The position numbers and the translations under genes were made by a program. From assembly GCF_035594765.1 (NCBI RefSeq), contig NC_085845.1, positions 143,546,897 to 143,610,896 on the forward strand: a DNA stretch of 64,000 bases, in the 5' to 3' direction. The DNA comes from Anolis carolinensis (Eukaryota). Shown here piece by piece: positions 52,215 through 62,156 of this stretch (the first letter of the stretch is position 1; the number at the start of each line of letters is the position of its first letter). The notes under the pieces were generated by a model that was not told where the DNA came from, did no database searches, and worked only from the letters and a program-made list of their open reading frames with translations.

Positions 52215-55200
52215 TAGGTCTCTCTTTCTCCATTTCCAAATAAAATCCTCCAGAGATTCATAAATACCAATCTTATCTGTTGGTGAGTCCATTCTGCTTT
52301 TCAGCTGACAAGCACAGGGGCCGACCTGGATAACAACTAATTATCTTAATCAATTGGGAGCTAATAGTTCATAGCACCTGAAACAATATTTTGAAAATAT
52401 TCAAACATAGTATTTTTACATGAAACTAATTATTATTTGTTTTCACAATAATATAATGTAATTAATAAAATTAATATGTCAGGAAGTATTCAAAAGTTAA
52501 TTACAAGATTCATTTTTCATTTCAGTAAAACTGCAGTTAGAACAGAACATTCACAATAAAGGTTTGTGAAAGAAGCCATTGTGAACCCCAGTAATTTCTG
52601 GAACATTTTCTTGGAAATGTCTGGCTCACATTAAGCTTCACTAGTAGGTGAGAAGACTGTTTTCTCCAACAAAAGCTGGTATGAAGACAAATTGCAAAGG
52701 AGCCAATACTTTATTGAAATAAAAGGTGGGAGGGAGACTAGGGAACTGAGTTTGTAATCAAAAGTAATAGGAAGAGAAGGTCAAATGTTTTAGTCATCCC
52801 CATATTTGGACTTCAGGGAAAAGTCTTTCTTGATAAGAAAAACAGAAGAAAGAGGACAAAATAAACTAAGACTTGTCAATGTTTCATAGGAAGTGTTGTT
52901 TCCTGCAACCATACACATACGCCTGTATATTCATATGCACAAAAGGAACACTCTCCGTTTTGGGGGAAAGGACAGTACAATTTTTCAGATTTTTGCACAG
53001 TATTTTGATATAATATTTCATTATTTGTGGAAAAAATCATTATCTGCCAACAAACATCAGAATATAAAATGGATTGTGTTATCAATGAGTACATTCAAAA
53101 GATATTCCAATACAAGTTTAATCAGTCCTCTACAGGTTCATATATTTTGCACAGTCAGGATTACTCATTATTTCTACAACCAGCACTGTAAATGATGCTT
53201 CTGCACAAAAATATCACATATGAAACAATCATTCCCAAACCAAAAAGAGTCTTCTAAAAATTAGGTGTACTGTTCTCACAATGGAACAAAAATTGAAAAA
53301 ATAAATTGCTCTTTCATTCAACAACAACCACCACCACCACCATAATGAGAAATTACAACCCTATTCCTTCTTGAAACATTTAAAAGCTCTGTATAGACCA
53401 ATGATGAAAACGCAATTTTAACCTAAGGGGCTCAATGTTCAAGACTCTCTACCAATCAAGTGTGGGGCAACTGCCCAAAGTGAGGAGAACTATTTTGGAA
53501 CATGCCTTCTCACATATTCATTCTTCACCATCTCTCAATCTTACATGTACATGTTCACATATCTCATTCATACATGGATATCATCTGAGAGAACATTTTT
53601 CATCTTAACTATACTTGGGCAGCTTTAAACTTCAGTTTTGCTCCTCAGCTAATCATTACCCAGGATGCTATCATAGGGACAAAGATAACAGCATTGCTAC
53701 ATTCCCACAGCACACTCTTCAAGAAACTATTCAAATGGCTGCCAGCTGAGGCATTGCTTTGTGGAGAACTCTGGAACTGCCACCAGTTATCTTTCCTCCA
53801 TCCTTCTTAGTAGTATCCACAGTTTCAGTGAGGATGGGAATTTTGGGGGAGACAATCCTTATACATCCCATGCAGATTAAATGTGAAAGCTTTCTCCATT
53901 ACTGATTTAGACACTACTAAGCTAGATGGACTATAATCTCAATTCCAATTATGTCAGAGTCCTGTCCAGTGAGTCTCTGTAAATCAGCCAAACACACAAA
54001 TATAGTCCAGGGGCAGTTTGAGATCAACACATTAATCAATCAACCAAGCAAAATGGGGAAGAGAATAAGCTGTAAGTCTGTTCCAATATTCCAAAGGCAG
54101 GAAATCTCACCAACGTATTTTCCAAGAATAGTTTACAATCCAACAGTCAATTTTTCATGGGTTCAAGGCACAAAGCATCAAGCTGCAGCTAAATACTGAC
54201 GCTGCTACCAGCAACTAGTTATTCTATTCCAATCTCAGCTATTTATGCAGATCTCTCAAGTGATCCCACCTGCTGGCCCTCTTCTCAGGCAAGTGACTAG
54301 ATCTCTGCACTTGAATGCCATCTGTTCTTAATTGTAACCAGTCCAGAATACTTAACCCCTGGTCTCCAACTCAAAGTCTTGATCCTGCCCTTTCTCTGAA
54401 TCCAGAAGAGGGGAAAGTTTTTCATTGTCCACTTCAGGTTGCTGTTGTTCCAAAGTGTGGGGCTCTTCATGGTTTGGCTGCATGTTTTCTTGCTCTGTAT
54501 TTGAGTCCAACTTGAATGTTAGGAGAAGTAATCCTTCCTCCATATCCTTGTCAGCACTAGCAATGTCAATAAGTCAGTTTTTATAGTCTGTAAATTATAT
54601 TTTAATGGAGAAAAATCAAATGAACATGCTAACCTTATTCCATGCATGATTCATCCCAATCATGTATAGGGAATGAAAGTGAAGAGGAGAGGCTCTGCAT
54701 GTGGTCTGGAAAGTGGGATTCCTGATTGCATGGAATTGTAGAGACTCTCCACCTGTTCACTGAGCTAATCTTTGTCTTGCAGTATATATTTATAGAATAT
54801 CTGAACAATTCATAATTTTTCATGTAAAACCAATTATTTTTGTTAAGTAGCAAATTTTAGAGCTGCCCCAGCTGTCCTTCTCTTTTCTTCTCAGAAATGA
54901 CAATCAAATAGCAATGTGAACAGAGAGGTTATTTGATAGCCTTGTTGCTACCAATTGAATCATTGTTTCGCAATGTATTGGGAAAGCTCTACTGCATAAT
55001 GACCTTTATTAAAAAAAGAAATCAAAGGTAAAACGTATGTCAAAAGAGTGCCAATTTAGATTCATAAAATGGCTGTAGTAGTGAACATGTTAGAAGAACT
55101 ACTGGCTTATGAGAAATGTGGAAAGAAAATCAATAAATATATTTTATGTCATCTGATGACTGCAATGATAAAAGGATATCATGACACAGATTCATTTAAC

Positions 55201-55644
55201 CATATAATGATACATTACAATATTTTGCACAATAATACTGTAATGTATTGATGTAACTTAAAGACTTCTTACTCCAGATTATACTGTTGCCAGCGTTGAA
55301 TTATTTTACTATACCTGCCTTCCCACTGTCCACAGTGATGAGAAGTTCAATGGGATATGCTATCTTCACTTTGCTTGTTTCTTATGGAATGGAAGCTTCT
55401 GGAATTTTTCTAACAGCTGAATTGATTAACAAATTCAATATGCAAAGGGATCTTGTAACCCCTTAGAGACTGAGAAATAGAAGTCAGTAACATAAGCTTC
55501 AGAGTAAGTCTTCTTCCTCAGATGCGTGCCTAGATGCTTAGTCAGATTTAGTTTATGAAAGCTTATGCTACAACTGTGTTCTCTCAGTCTCTAAGGTGTT
55601 ATAAGATCCTTTTGCCTTGTTTGACCTGGAAAGGTTTGGTTTCT

Positions 55645-55824
55645 NNNNNNNNNNNNNNNNNNNNNNNNNNNNNNNNNNNNNNNNNNNNNNNNNNNNNNNN
55701 NNNNNNNNNNNNNNNNNNNNNNNNNNNNNNNNNNNNNNNNNNNNNNNNNNNNNNNNNNNNNNNNNNNNNNNNNNNNNNNNNNNNNNNNNNNNNNNNNNNN
55801 NNNNNNNNNNNNNNNNNNNNNNNN
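55645..55824. other. Assembly gap (180 N)
   Basis: Run of N bases. Confidence 1.
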
Positions 55825-55927
55825 AGATAATAATAAGCGCAGGTCAGATAATAAAAACAACAATAATTCTGCACAGATCAGGGAATAATAAGAATAATAA
55901 TGCTACACAGGTCAGGTAATAATAATA

Positions 55928-56213
55928 AGGTAAAGGTAAAGGTTTCCCCCTGACGTTAAGTCCAGTCATGTCTGACTCTGGGGGTTGGTGCTCATCTCCA
56001 TTTCTAAGCCGAAGAGCCGGCGTTGTCCGTAGACACCTCCAAGGTCATGTGGCCGGCATGACTGCCAGAGCGGTACCTATTGATCTACTCACATTGGCAT
56101 GTTTTCGAACTGCTAGGTTGGCAGGAGCTGGAGCTAACAGCGGCCGCTCCCGGGGATTGAACCTGGGACTTTTCGGTCTCCAGCTCAGTGCTTTAACGCA
56201 CTTCACCTCCGGG
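55928..56213 (-). mobile_element. Sauria SINE with internal deletions
   Basis: (AGGTAA)n tail, conserved core and tRNA head. Confidence 0.9.
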
Positions 56214-56215
56214 AA

Positions 56216-56270
<55 letters not shown>

Positions 56271-56272
<2 letters not shown>

Positions 56273-56700
56273 GACTGACAAAGTTCTGGAACACAACACA
56301 CCAGACATCACAGTTGTGGAAAAGAAAAAGGTTTGGATCATTGATGTTGCCATCCCAGGTGACAGTCGCATTGACGAAAAACAACAGGAAAAACTCAGCT
56401 GCTATCAGGACCTCAAGATTGAACTTCAAAGACTCTGGCAGAAACCAGTGCAGGTGGTCCCGGTGGTGATCGGAACATTGGGTGCCGTGCCAAAAGATCT
56501 CAGCCGGCATTTGGAAACAATAGACATTGACAAAATCACGATCTGCCAACTGCAAAAGGCCACCCTACTGGGATCTGCACGCATCATCCGAAAATACATC
56601 GCACAGTCCTAGACACTTGGGAAGTGTTCGACTTGTGATTTTGTGATATGAAATCTGGCATATCTATCTTGTTTGCTGTGTCATAATAAAATAATAATAA
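56271..56700 (+). mobile_element. Dong/R4-clade LINE 3' end (restriction-like endonuclease) in (TAA)n
   Basis: 'HNTPDITVVEKKKVWIIDVAIPGD...EK...YQDLKIELQRLW...VVPVVIGTLG' is a PD..D-type RLE domain; flanked on both sides by TAA repeats. Confidence 0.88.
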
Positions 56701-56809
56701 TAATGCTACACAGGTCAGGTAATAATAAGCGCAGGTCAGATAATAACAGCAACAATAATAATTCTGCACAGGTCAGGTAATAATAATACTACTACTAATA
56801 ATAATAATG

Positions 56810-57287
56810 CATAAAAAACCACAAACAAAGTTACAAACTTGGCATGATGCTAAATGTCCTTTGAGCAGAAGCTGACCACTTGGAGTGCTACACAGGTCAG
56901 ATAATAATAAGCGCAGGTCAGATGGTATCTGGTATCACTGTAAGAAGGTGCATTGTGCATGTGGCTGGGCTCAGACCGCATTGTAGTCAGTGGTCTGTGG
57001 TTTGCTCTTCTCCACACTCGCATGTTGTGCACTCCACTTTGTGGCACCACTTCCTAAGATTAGCTCTGCATTTCGTGATGCCAGAGTGCAGTCTGTTCAG
57101 CGCCTTTGAAGTCGGCCAGCCTTCTGTGTCCCAGGAGAGAATTTATCATCCGGTCTCGGCCACCGATTGAGGTTCCGGGTTTTAGCCTGCCACTTTTGGA
57201 CTCTCGCTTGCTGAGAAGTTTCTGTGAGTAGCTCTGTAAATCTTAGGAAGCTGTGTCTTGATTTGAGACATTGGCATGCTAGCTGAT
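56810..57287 (-). mobile_element. Vingi LINE 3' fragment, interrupted at ~56889-56926
   Basis: Minus-strand 'LKSRHSF...QQARVQKWQ...ALNRLHSGITKCRANLRKW...CECGEEQTTDH' with a C-terminal CCHC motif. Confidence 0.75.
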
Positions 57288-57535
57288 GATCAGCACACAG
57301 GGTACAGTGCCTAAAGACCTTGGCCAGTACTTGAAAACAATTGGTGTTGACAAAATGACCACCTGAAAGCTGCAAAAGGCCACCTGACTCGGATCTGCAT
57401 GCATTATTCGCCAATACATCACACAGTCCTAGACACTTGGGAAGTGTCCAATGTGTAATGCAATACAACTATCAGCATAGTGATCTTGTTTGCTGTGTAT
57501 TAATCTTGTGTATCAACTAACAACAACAACAATAA
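57285..57535 (+). mobile_element. Second Dong/R4 3' fragment
   Basis: Homologous to 56467-56690 ('tgcaaaaggccacc...cagtcctagacacttgggaagtg'). Confidence 0.85.
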
Positions 57536-57579
57536 CCCAAAGGAACCTCAAAGTGGCAAGTTGTATTCTGTAGTTTTCA

Positions 57580-57620
<41 letters not shown>

Positions 57621-57951
57621 GGCCCCTGGTGGTGGCGCAGTGTGTTAAAGCGCTAAGCTGCTGAACTTGCAGACCGAAAAGTCCCAGGTTCAAATCCCGG
57701 GAGCGGAATGAGCGCCCGTTGTTAGCCCCAGCTCCTGCCAACGTAGCAGTTCGAAAACATGCAAATGTGAGTAGATCAATAGGTACCGCTCTGGCGGGAA
57801 GGTAACTGCGCTCCATGCAGTCATGCCGGCCACATGACCTTGGAAGTGTCTACGGACAACATTGGCTCTTCGGCTTAGAAATGGAGATGAACACCAACCC
57901 CCAGGGTCGGTCACAACTGGACTTAACATCAGGGGAAAACCTTTACCTTTT
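57621..57951 (+). mobile_element. Full-length Sauria SINE
   Basis: A and B boxes 'ggtggcgcagtgtg...ggttcaaatccc', conserved core and ACCTTT tail. Confidence 0.92.
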
Positions 57952-57961
57952 TAAAAAATTA

Positions 57962-58140
57962 TTAATAATAATAATAATAATAATAATAATCCACTTTTTC
58001 TCCCCCAAAGGAGCCTCAAAGTAGCTAGTTGTATTCTGCAGTTTCATAGCTCCTAAACCATTGTTGTTGTTGTTGTTGTTATTTGAAACACAACAAAATG
58101 AGTCCACAGCAGACACCGTGCTGGCTGTTGTATTGGATCA

Positions 58141-58181
<41 letters not shown>

Positions 58182-58249
58182 CACTTTTTCTCCCCCAAAG
58201 GAGCCTCAAAGTAGCTAGTTGTATTCTGCAGTTTTCATAGCTCCCAAAC

Positions 58250-58293
<44 letters not shown>

Positions 58294-58361
58294 CACTTTT
58301 TCTCCTCCAAAGGAGCCTCAAAGTAGCTAGTTGTATTCTGCAGTTTTCATAGCTCCCAAAC

Positions 58362-58402
<41 letters not shown>

Positions 58403-58487
58403 CACTTTTTCTCCCCAAAGGCGCTTCAAAGTAGCTAGTTGTATTCTGCAGTTTTCATAGCTCCCACATTATTATTATTATTATTAT
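57962..58487. repeat. Compound tandem array: ~69-bp unit, four copies separated by variable (TAT)n tracts
   Basis: 'ccactttttctcccccaaaggagcctcaaagtagctagttgtattctgcagttttcatagctccca' at 57991, 58181, 58293 and 58402; degenerate fifth copy near 57536. Confidence 0.92.
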
Positions 58488-58583
58488 TTCTTACAATTTA
58501 TCAATAAAAATTATATATGTGTGTGTGTCTTTTAAAACCGTCATGAAAGGAAAGGTCAGCCTTGCATGGCTGGGGCCCCTCAC

Positions 58584-58725
58584 CGGGTGTCTATGGCGAA
58601 GCCCTTGGCGGCAGCGCATTGGCGGAGCTCGGCGAAGAACTCCTGCCGGGGCGGAGGGTGCTGGCGCAGGAGGGCCCGCAGACCTCTTTGGCCACCCAGT
58701 GGTTGGCCAGGATCATGCACTCAGC
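58584..58725 (-). pseudogene. DIS3L: Frameshifted fragment of a DIS3L (RNB exoribonuclease domain) exon with splice donor
   Basis: Minus strand reads [13 protein letters not shown](EVC+2 nt)[31 protein letters not shown]|gtgagg. Recalled vertebrate DIS3L reads [53 protein letters not shown]. Confidence 0.85.
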
Positions 58726-58748
58726 ATTACGAAGGTTGAGAACCACTG
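58722..58748 (-). mobile_element. hAT (SPIN/URR1-like) terminus
   Basis: Reverse complement CAGTGGTTCTCAACCTTCGTAATGCTG. Confidence 0.65.
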
Positions 58749-59091
58749 CCTTAGATTTTGCATTTCGGGCTCCTCTTTCGAGTGCTCAGAATGTATTAGG
58801 TGCTTTATAAGCTGTTAATAATAATAATTAATAATAAATGTCAAAATGGGATGAGATTGTTACTGGCGCCCTCTCACAATTAATTCCCAGTTAATAATAT
58901 AAAAGGCAGAGGCTGTTTTAAACTTTATATAATTCAGCATGAATGAATAATAATGAATTGCGATTAATAAAAAACGACCCTGCCAGTATGGCCTTCTGAA
59001 AACACTGCCTCGCAAAGCTTAACATTGTTATATAAAGACATAATTAAAGAGTCAAAGCATACATACACACACACACTACTACTACTACGTA

Positions 59092-59175
59092 GGCTGTTGC
59101 TAGGTGAAGTGGCCCTCTGTGATGTCACTGGATTGGCTGTTGCTAGGTGAAGTGGCCTTCTGCGATGTCACTGGA
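59092..59175. promoter_or_regulatory. 43-bp tandem duplication with RFX-like, CRE-like and CCAAT motifs
   Basis: 'ggctgttgctaggtgaagtggcc(c/t)tctg(t/c)gatgtcactgga' occurs twice; ATTGG lies at the junction. Confidence 0.4.
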
Positions 59176-59205
59176 GGAAAAAGGGTTTGGCTGCCACTAA
59201 AGGGA

Positions 59206-59490
59206 CTTGTTGAAGGCTTTCATGGCCGGAATCACTGGGTTGCTGTGAGTCTTCCGGGCTGTCTGGCCATGTCCTAGAAGCATTCTCTCCTGACGTTTCA
59301 CCCACATCTTTGGCAGGCATCCTCAGAGGTTGTGAGGTGTTGGAAACGAGGCAAGTGGGGTTTATATATCTGTGGAATAATGTCCAGGGTGGGAGAAAGA
59401 AAGAACTCTTGTCTGTTGGAGGCAAGTATGAATGTTGCAACTGGCCAGCTTGATTAGCATTGAATGGCTTTGCAGCTTCAAGGCCTGGCT
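59206..59490. mobile_element. Penelope-like element terminal repeat
   Basis: 'gaaggctttcatggccggaatcactgggttg...agcattctctcctgacgtttc.cccacatct.tggcaggcatcctcagaggttgtgagg'. Confidence 0.8.
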
Positions 59491-59829
59491 TTGAAGTACT
59501 ATATATCTGTAGAAGAGTTTAACAAATATTTCAGGGGAAATATATATATCTCTTCTTCCTGACTTGCAAGGGTGTCTTTTCATTCCCTTGATAAAGAGTG
59601 AGGGAGGCTTTGGAAAACACACTGATAAGGGAGGGTAAGAGAGGAATAGATCATCTATTGCAAGCAATGGCCTCCAGGTTCTGTTGCCTGGCCTTGACCT
59701 CATTATAAGCCGAGGGAGGCTTTTTCAGCTCAAAAAAAGGGCTGAAAAACTCGGCTTATCTTCGAGTATATATGGTAATATAATAATTGTTATAATATTT
59801 TATTATATATTATTTTATTCTTTTTATGA

Positions 59830-59879
<50 letters not shown>

Positions 59880-60304
59880 TGTGCTAATGGCTTTGCTGTC
59901 CTGCCCCTTCACTGGTCCTGGCCCACTAACGGAGCTCCTCCTTCCTCCCTCCCTCCCTCCCTCTTTCCCTCCCTCCCTTCCTTCCTGGATGTTCCATGCC
60001 TTTGTGATGCGCTGCAGCATCTCCAACTGAAGGCTATCCGTTTCCTTTGGAAGCTCACTTTCCTGTTTACTTCAGGGAGGGAGACAGTTACTGTCTGTTG
60101 GTGTTGGTGTTTCTTGCTGTGGAAGCCTGTGTGTTTTTGGTTTTGGCAGCCTATTGCTGTGTCGCTGGATTTGGTCGGTCAGCATCCTGGTAAGTCTTTC
60201 TTTTTGGCTCCTCATGCGGGGAGGGAAGGGGCCCAGGGACCCGGATGGGGGAGGGTGTCCCCCTTGGTTCTCTTGACCGCTCAGCAGCCTTCCATGCCGT
60301 AGAC

Positions 60305-60476
60305 CAGGGATTCCCAAAGTGGGCGCTACCGCCCCCTGGTGAGCACTGCAGCAATCCAGGGGAGCGGTGATGGCCACAGGTAGATAGATCTTTCTGTTTA
60401 ATTACTATTTAAAAATTTAAAAATATATTTTTTTCTGGAAAGGGGGTGGTAGGCCAAATAAGTTTGGGAACCACTG
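60305..60476. mobile_element. hAT MITE with perfect 8-bp TSD
   Basis: TIRs CAGGGATTCCCAAA / TTTGGGAACCACTG; TSD CCGTAGAC at 60297-60304 and 60477-60484. Confidence 0.9.
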
Positions 60477-60650
60477 CCGTAGACCATGGTATCTTTCTGG
60501 GATGCCTTGTGGAAATGGGACTTGGTGGCCTGTTTAGCAGCGGCTCTGGTCCTTCCTGGAGGTGTTCATTGGTTGTGGGATCCTGCAGGGTTCAGTCTTG
60601 ATGACATGGCTTTTTGGGGGCCCGATGACCCCTTTGGCTTTGCTTTATAG

Positions 60651-60756
60651 CAGTGATTCCCAAAGTGGGTGCTGCAGTGATCCAGGGGGCGGTGATGGCC
60701 ACAGGTGCATTTTTCTGGAAAGGGGGTGGTAGGCCAAATAAGTTTGGGAACAACTG
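60651..60756. mobile_element. Shorter hAT MITE of the same family
   Basis: TIRs CAGTGATTCCCAAA / TTTGGGAACAACTG; TSD CTTTATAG / CTTTATAA. Confidence 0.88.
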
Positions 60757-60779
60757 CTTTATAAGGATAAAGGGGATTC

Positions 60780-61043
60780 TGAGGGTTGTTGTGTGTTTTT
60801 CGGACTGTATGGCCATGTTCCAAAAGCATTCTCTCCTGACGTTTCGCACACATCTATAGCAAGCATCTTCAGAAGTTGTGAAGTATATGGCAAAACTAAG
60901 TAAGGAAGTGTTGATGAAGGCTTTCATAGCTGGGATCACAGGGTTGTGGTATGTTTTCCGGGCTGTATGGTCATGTTCCAGAAGCATTCTCTCCTGACGT
61001 TTTGCCCACATCTATGGCAGGCATCCTCAGAGGTTGTGAGGTA
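60780..61043. mobile_element. Two tandem Penelope-like terminal repeat fragments
   Basis: 'gcattctctcctgacgttt' occurs at ~60826 and ~60984, homologous to 59280. Confidence 0.8.
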
Positions 61044-61365
61044 CAGTAGAGTCTCAGTTATCCAAGCTAAACAGGCCAGCAGAACCTTGGATAAGCGAAT
61101 ATCTTGGATAATAGGGAGGGATTAAGGAAAAGCCTATTAAACATCAAATTAGGTAATGATTTTACAAATTAAGCACCAAAACATCATGTTATACAACAAA
61201 TTTGACAGAAAAAGTAGTTCAATACGCAGTAATGTTATGTTGTCATTACTGTATTTACGAATTTAGCACCAAAATATCACGATATATTGAAAACATTAAC
61301 TACAAAAATGCATTGGATAATCCAGAACCTTGGATAAGCGAGTGTTGGATAAGTGAGACTCTACT

Positions 61366-61366
<1 letters not shown>
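61044..61366. mobile_element. Tc1/mariner MITE, inverted homolog of 20163-20485
   Basis: TIRs CAGTAGAGTCTCAGTTATCC / GGATAAGTGAGACTCTACTG with TA flanks. Confidence 0.9.
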
Positions 61367-61419
<53 letters not shown>

Positions 61420-61421
<2 letters not shown>

Positions 61422-61620
61422 GAGGGTTGGAAGAGACCCTTTGGGCCATTGAGTCCAATCCCCTTCTGCCTTTGTGCATTCTGGATTATCCAATGCATTT
61501 TTGTAGTCAATGTTTTCAATACATCATGATATTTTTGCCCCGACAAGGAGCTCTGGCCTGGGCTGGTCCAGGAGGTCACTAAGAGTCGGAAGCAACTGAA
61601 TGAATAAACAACAACAAAGG
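61420..61620. mobile_element. Mosaic: CR1 3' end (-), inverted MITE fragment, BovB/RTE 3' tail (+)
   Basis: Three segments: 'gggttggaagagaccc...gagtccaatcccc'; 'ttctggattatccaatgcatttttgtagtc'; 'gacaaggagctctggcctgggctggtccaggaggtcactaagagtcggaagcaactgaatgaataaacaacaac'. Confidence 0.7.
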
Positions 61621-61744
61621 TCCCATAGGGTGTGATGTCGGAAGTTATGAGTGGGAAGAGCAAGGTGGTGGGATTGGGGAAATAAGGTGTGTATTTGGAT
61701 GGATGCGATTTTGAAAACTGCCTGTTTCTTTGTTTTACTTCATA

Positions 61745-62057
61745 CAGTAAAGGTAAAGGTTTCCCCTGACATTAAGTCCATTTGTGACCAACTCTGGGGG
61801 TGGGTGCTCATCTCCATTTCTAAGCCAAAGAGCCGGCGTTGTCCATAGACATCTCCAAGGTCATGTGGCCGGCATGACTGCATGGAGCACTGTTACCTTC
61901 CCGCCGGAGCGGTACCTATTGATCTACTCACATTGGCATGTTTTCAAACTGCTAGGTTGGCAGGAGCTGGAGCTAACAGCGGCCTCTTCCGGGGTTTGAA
62001 CCTGGGACCTTTCGGTCTCCAGCTCAGTGCTTTAATGCACTTCACCACTGGGGTTCA
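61745..62057 (-). mobile_element. Sauria SINE with 12-bp TSD
   Basis: TSD TTTTACTTCATA at 61733-61744 and 62058-62069; an empty paralogous site is visible at ~63800. Confidence 0.92.
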
Positions 62058-62156
62058 TTTTACTTCATAGAACGTAATAAAAGTTTTATAGCAGAAAGGG
62101 AAGCTTCGTTGGCACCTCTGCTAACCCTGCTCTTGTCCTTCTTCTTTACAGCCATC

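Noticed and set aside
54352-54543. Acidic, Gln-rich 63-aa minus-strand ORF as a possible exon
   Set aside because: No recognisable homology or convincing splice sites
55555-55919. ORFs containing X runs
   Set aside because: Artefacts of the N gap
57097-57468. 123-aa minus-strand ORF
   Set aside because: It is a chimeric read-through of antisense Dong sequence into a Vingi fragment
57962-58487. CRISPR-like repeat-spacer appearance
   Set aside because: This is eukaryotic DNA, the units are ~69 bp, the spacers are microsatellites and there are no cas genes
58519-58818. Plus-strand ORFs of 99 aa and 82 aa
   Set aside because: They are antisense shadows of the GC-rich DIS3L fragment
62109-62156. 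Signal-peptide-like N-terminus 'MAPLLTLLLSFFFTA' in the ORF track
   Set aside because: It starts at TTG and is the translated branch point and polypyrimidine tract; the real ATG is at 62157
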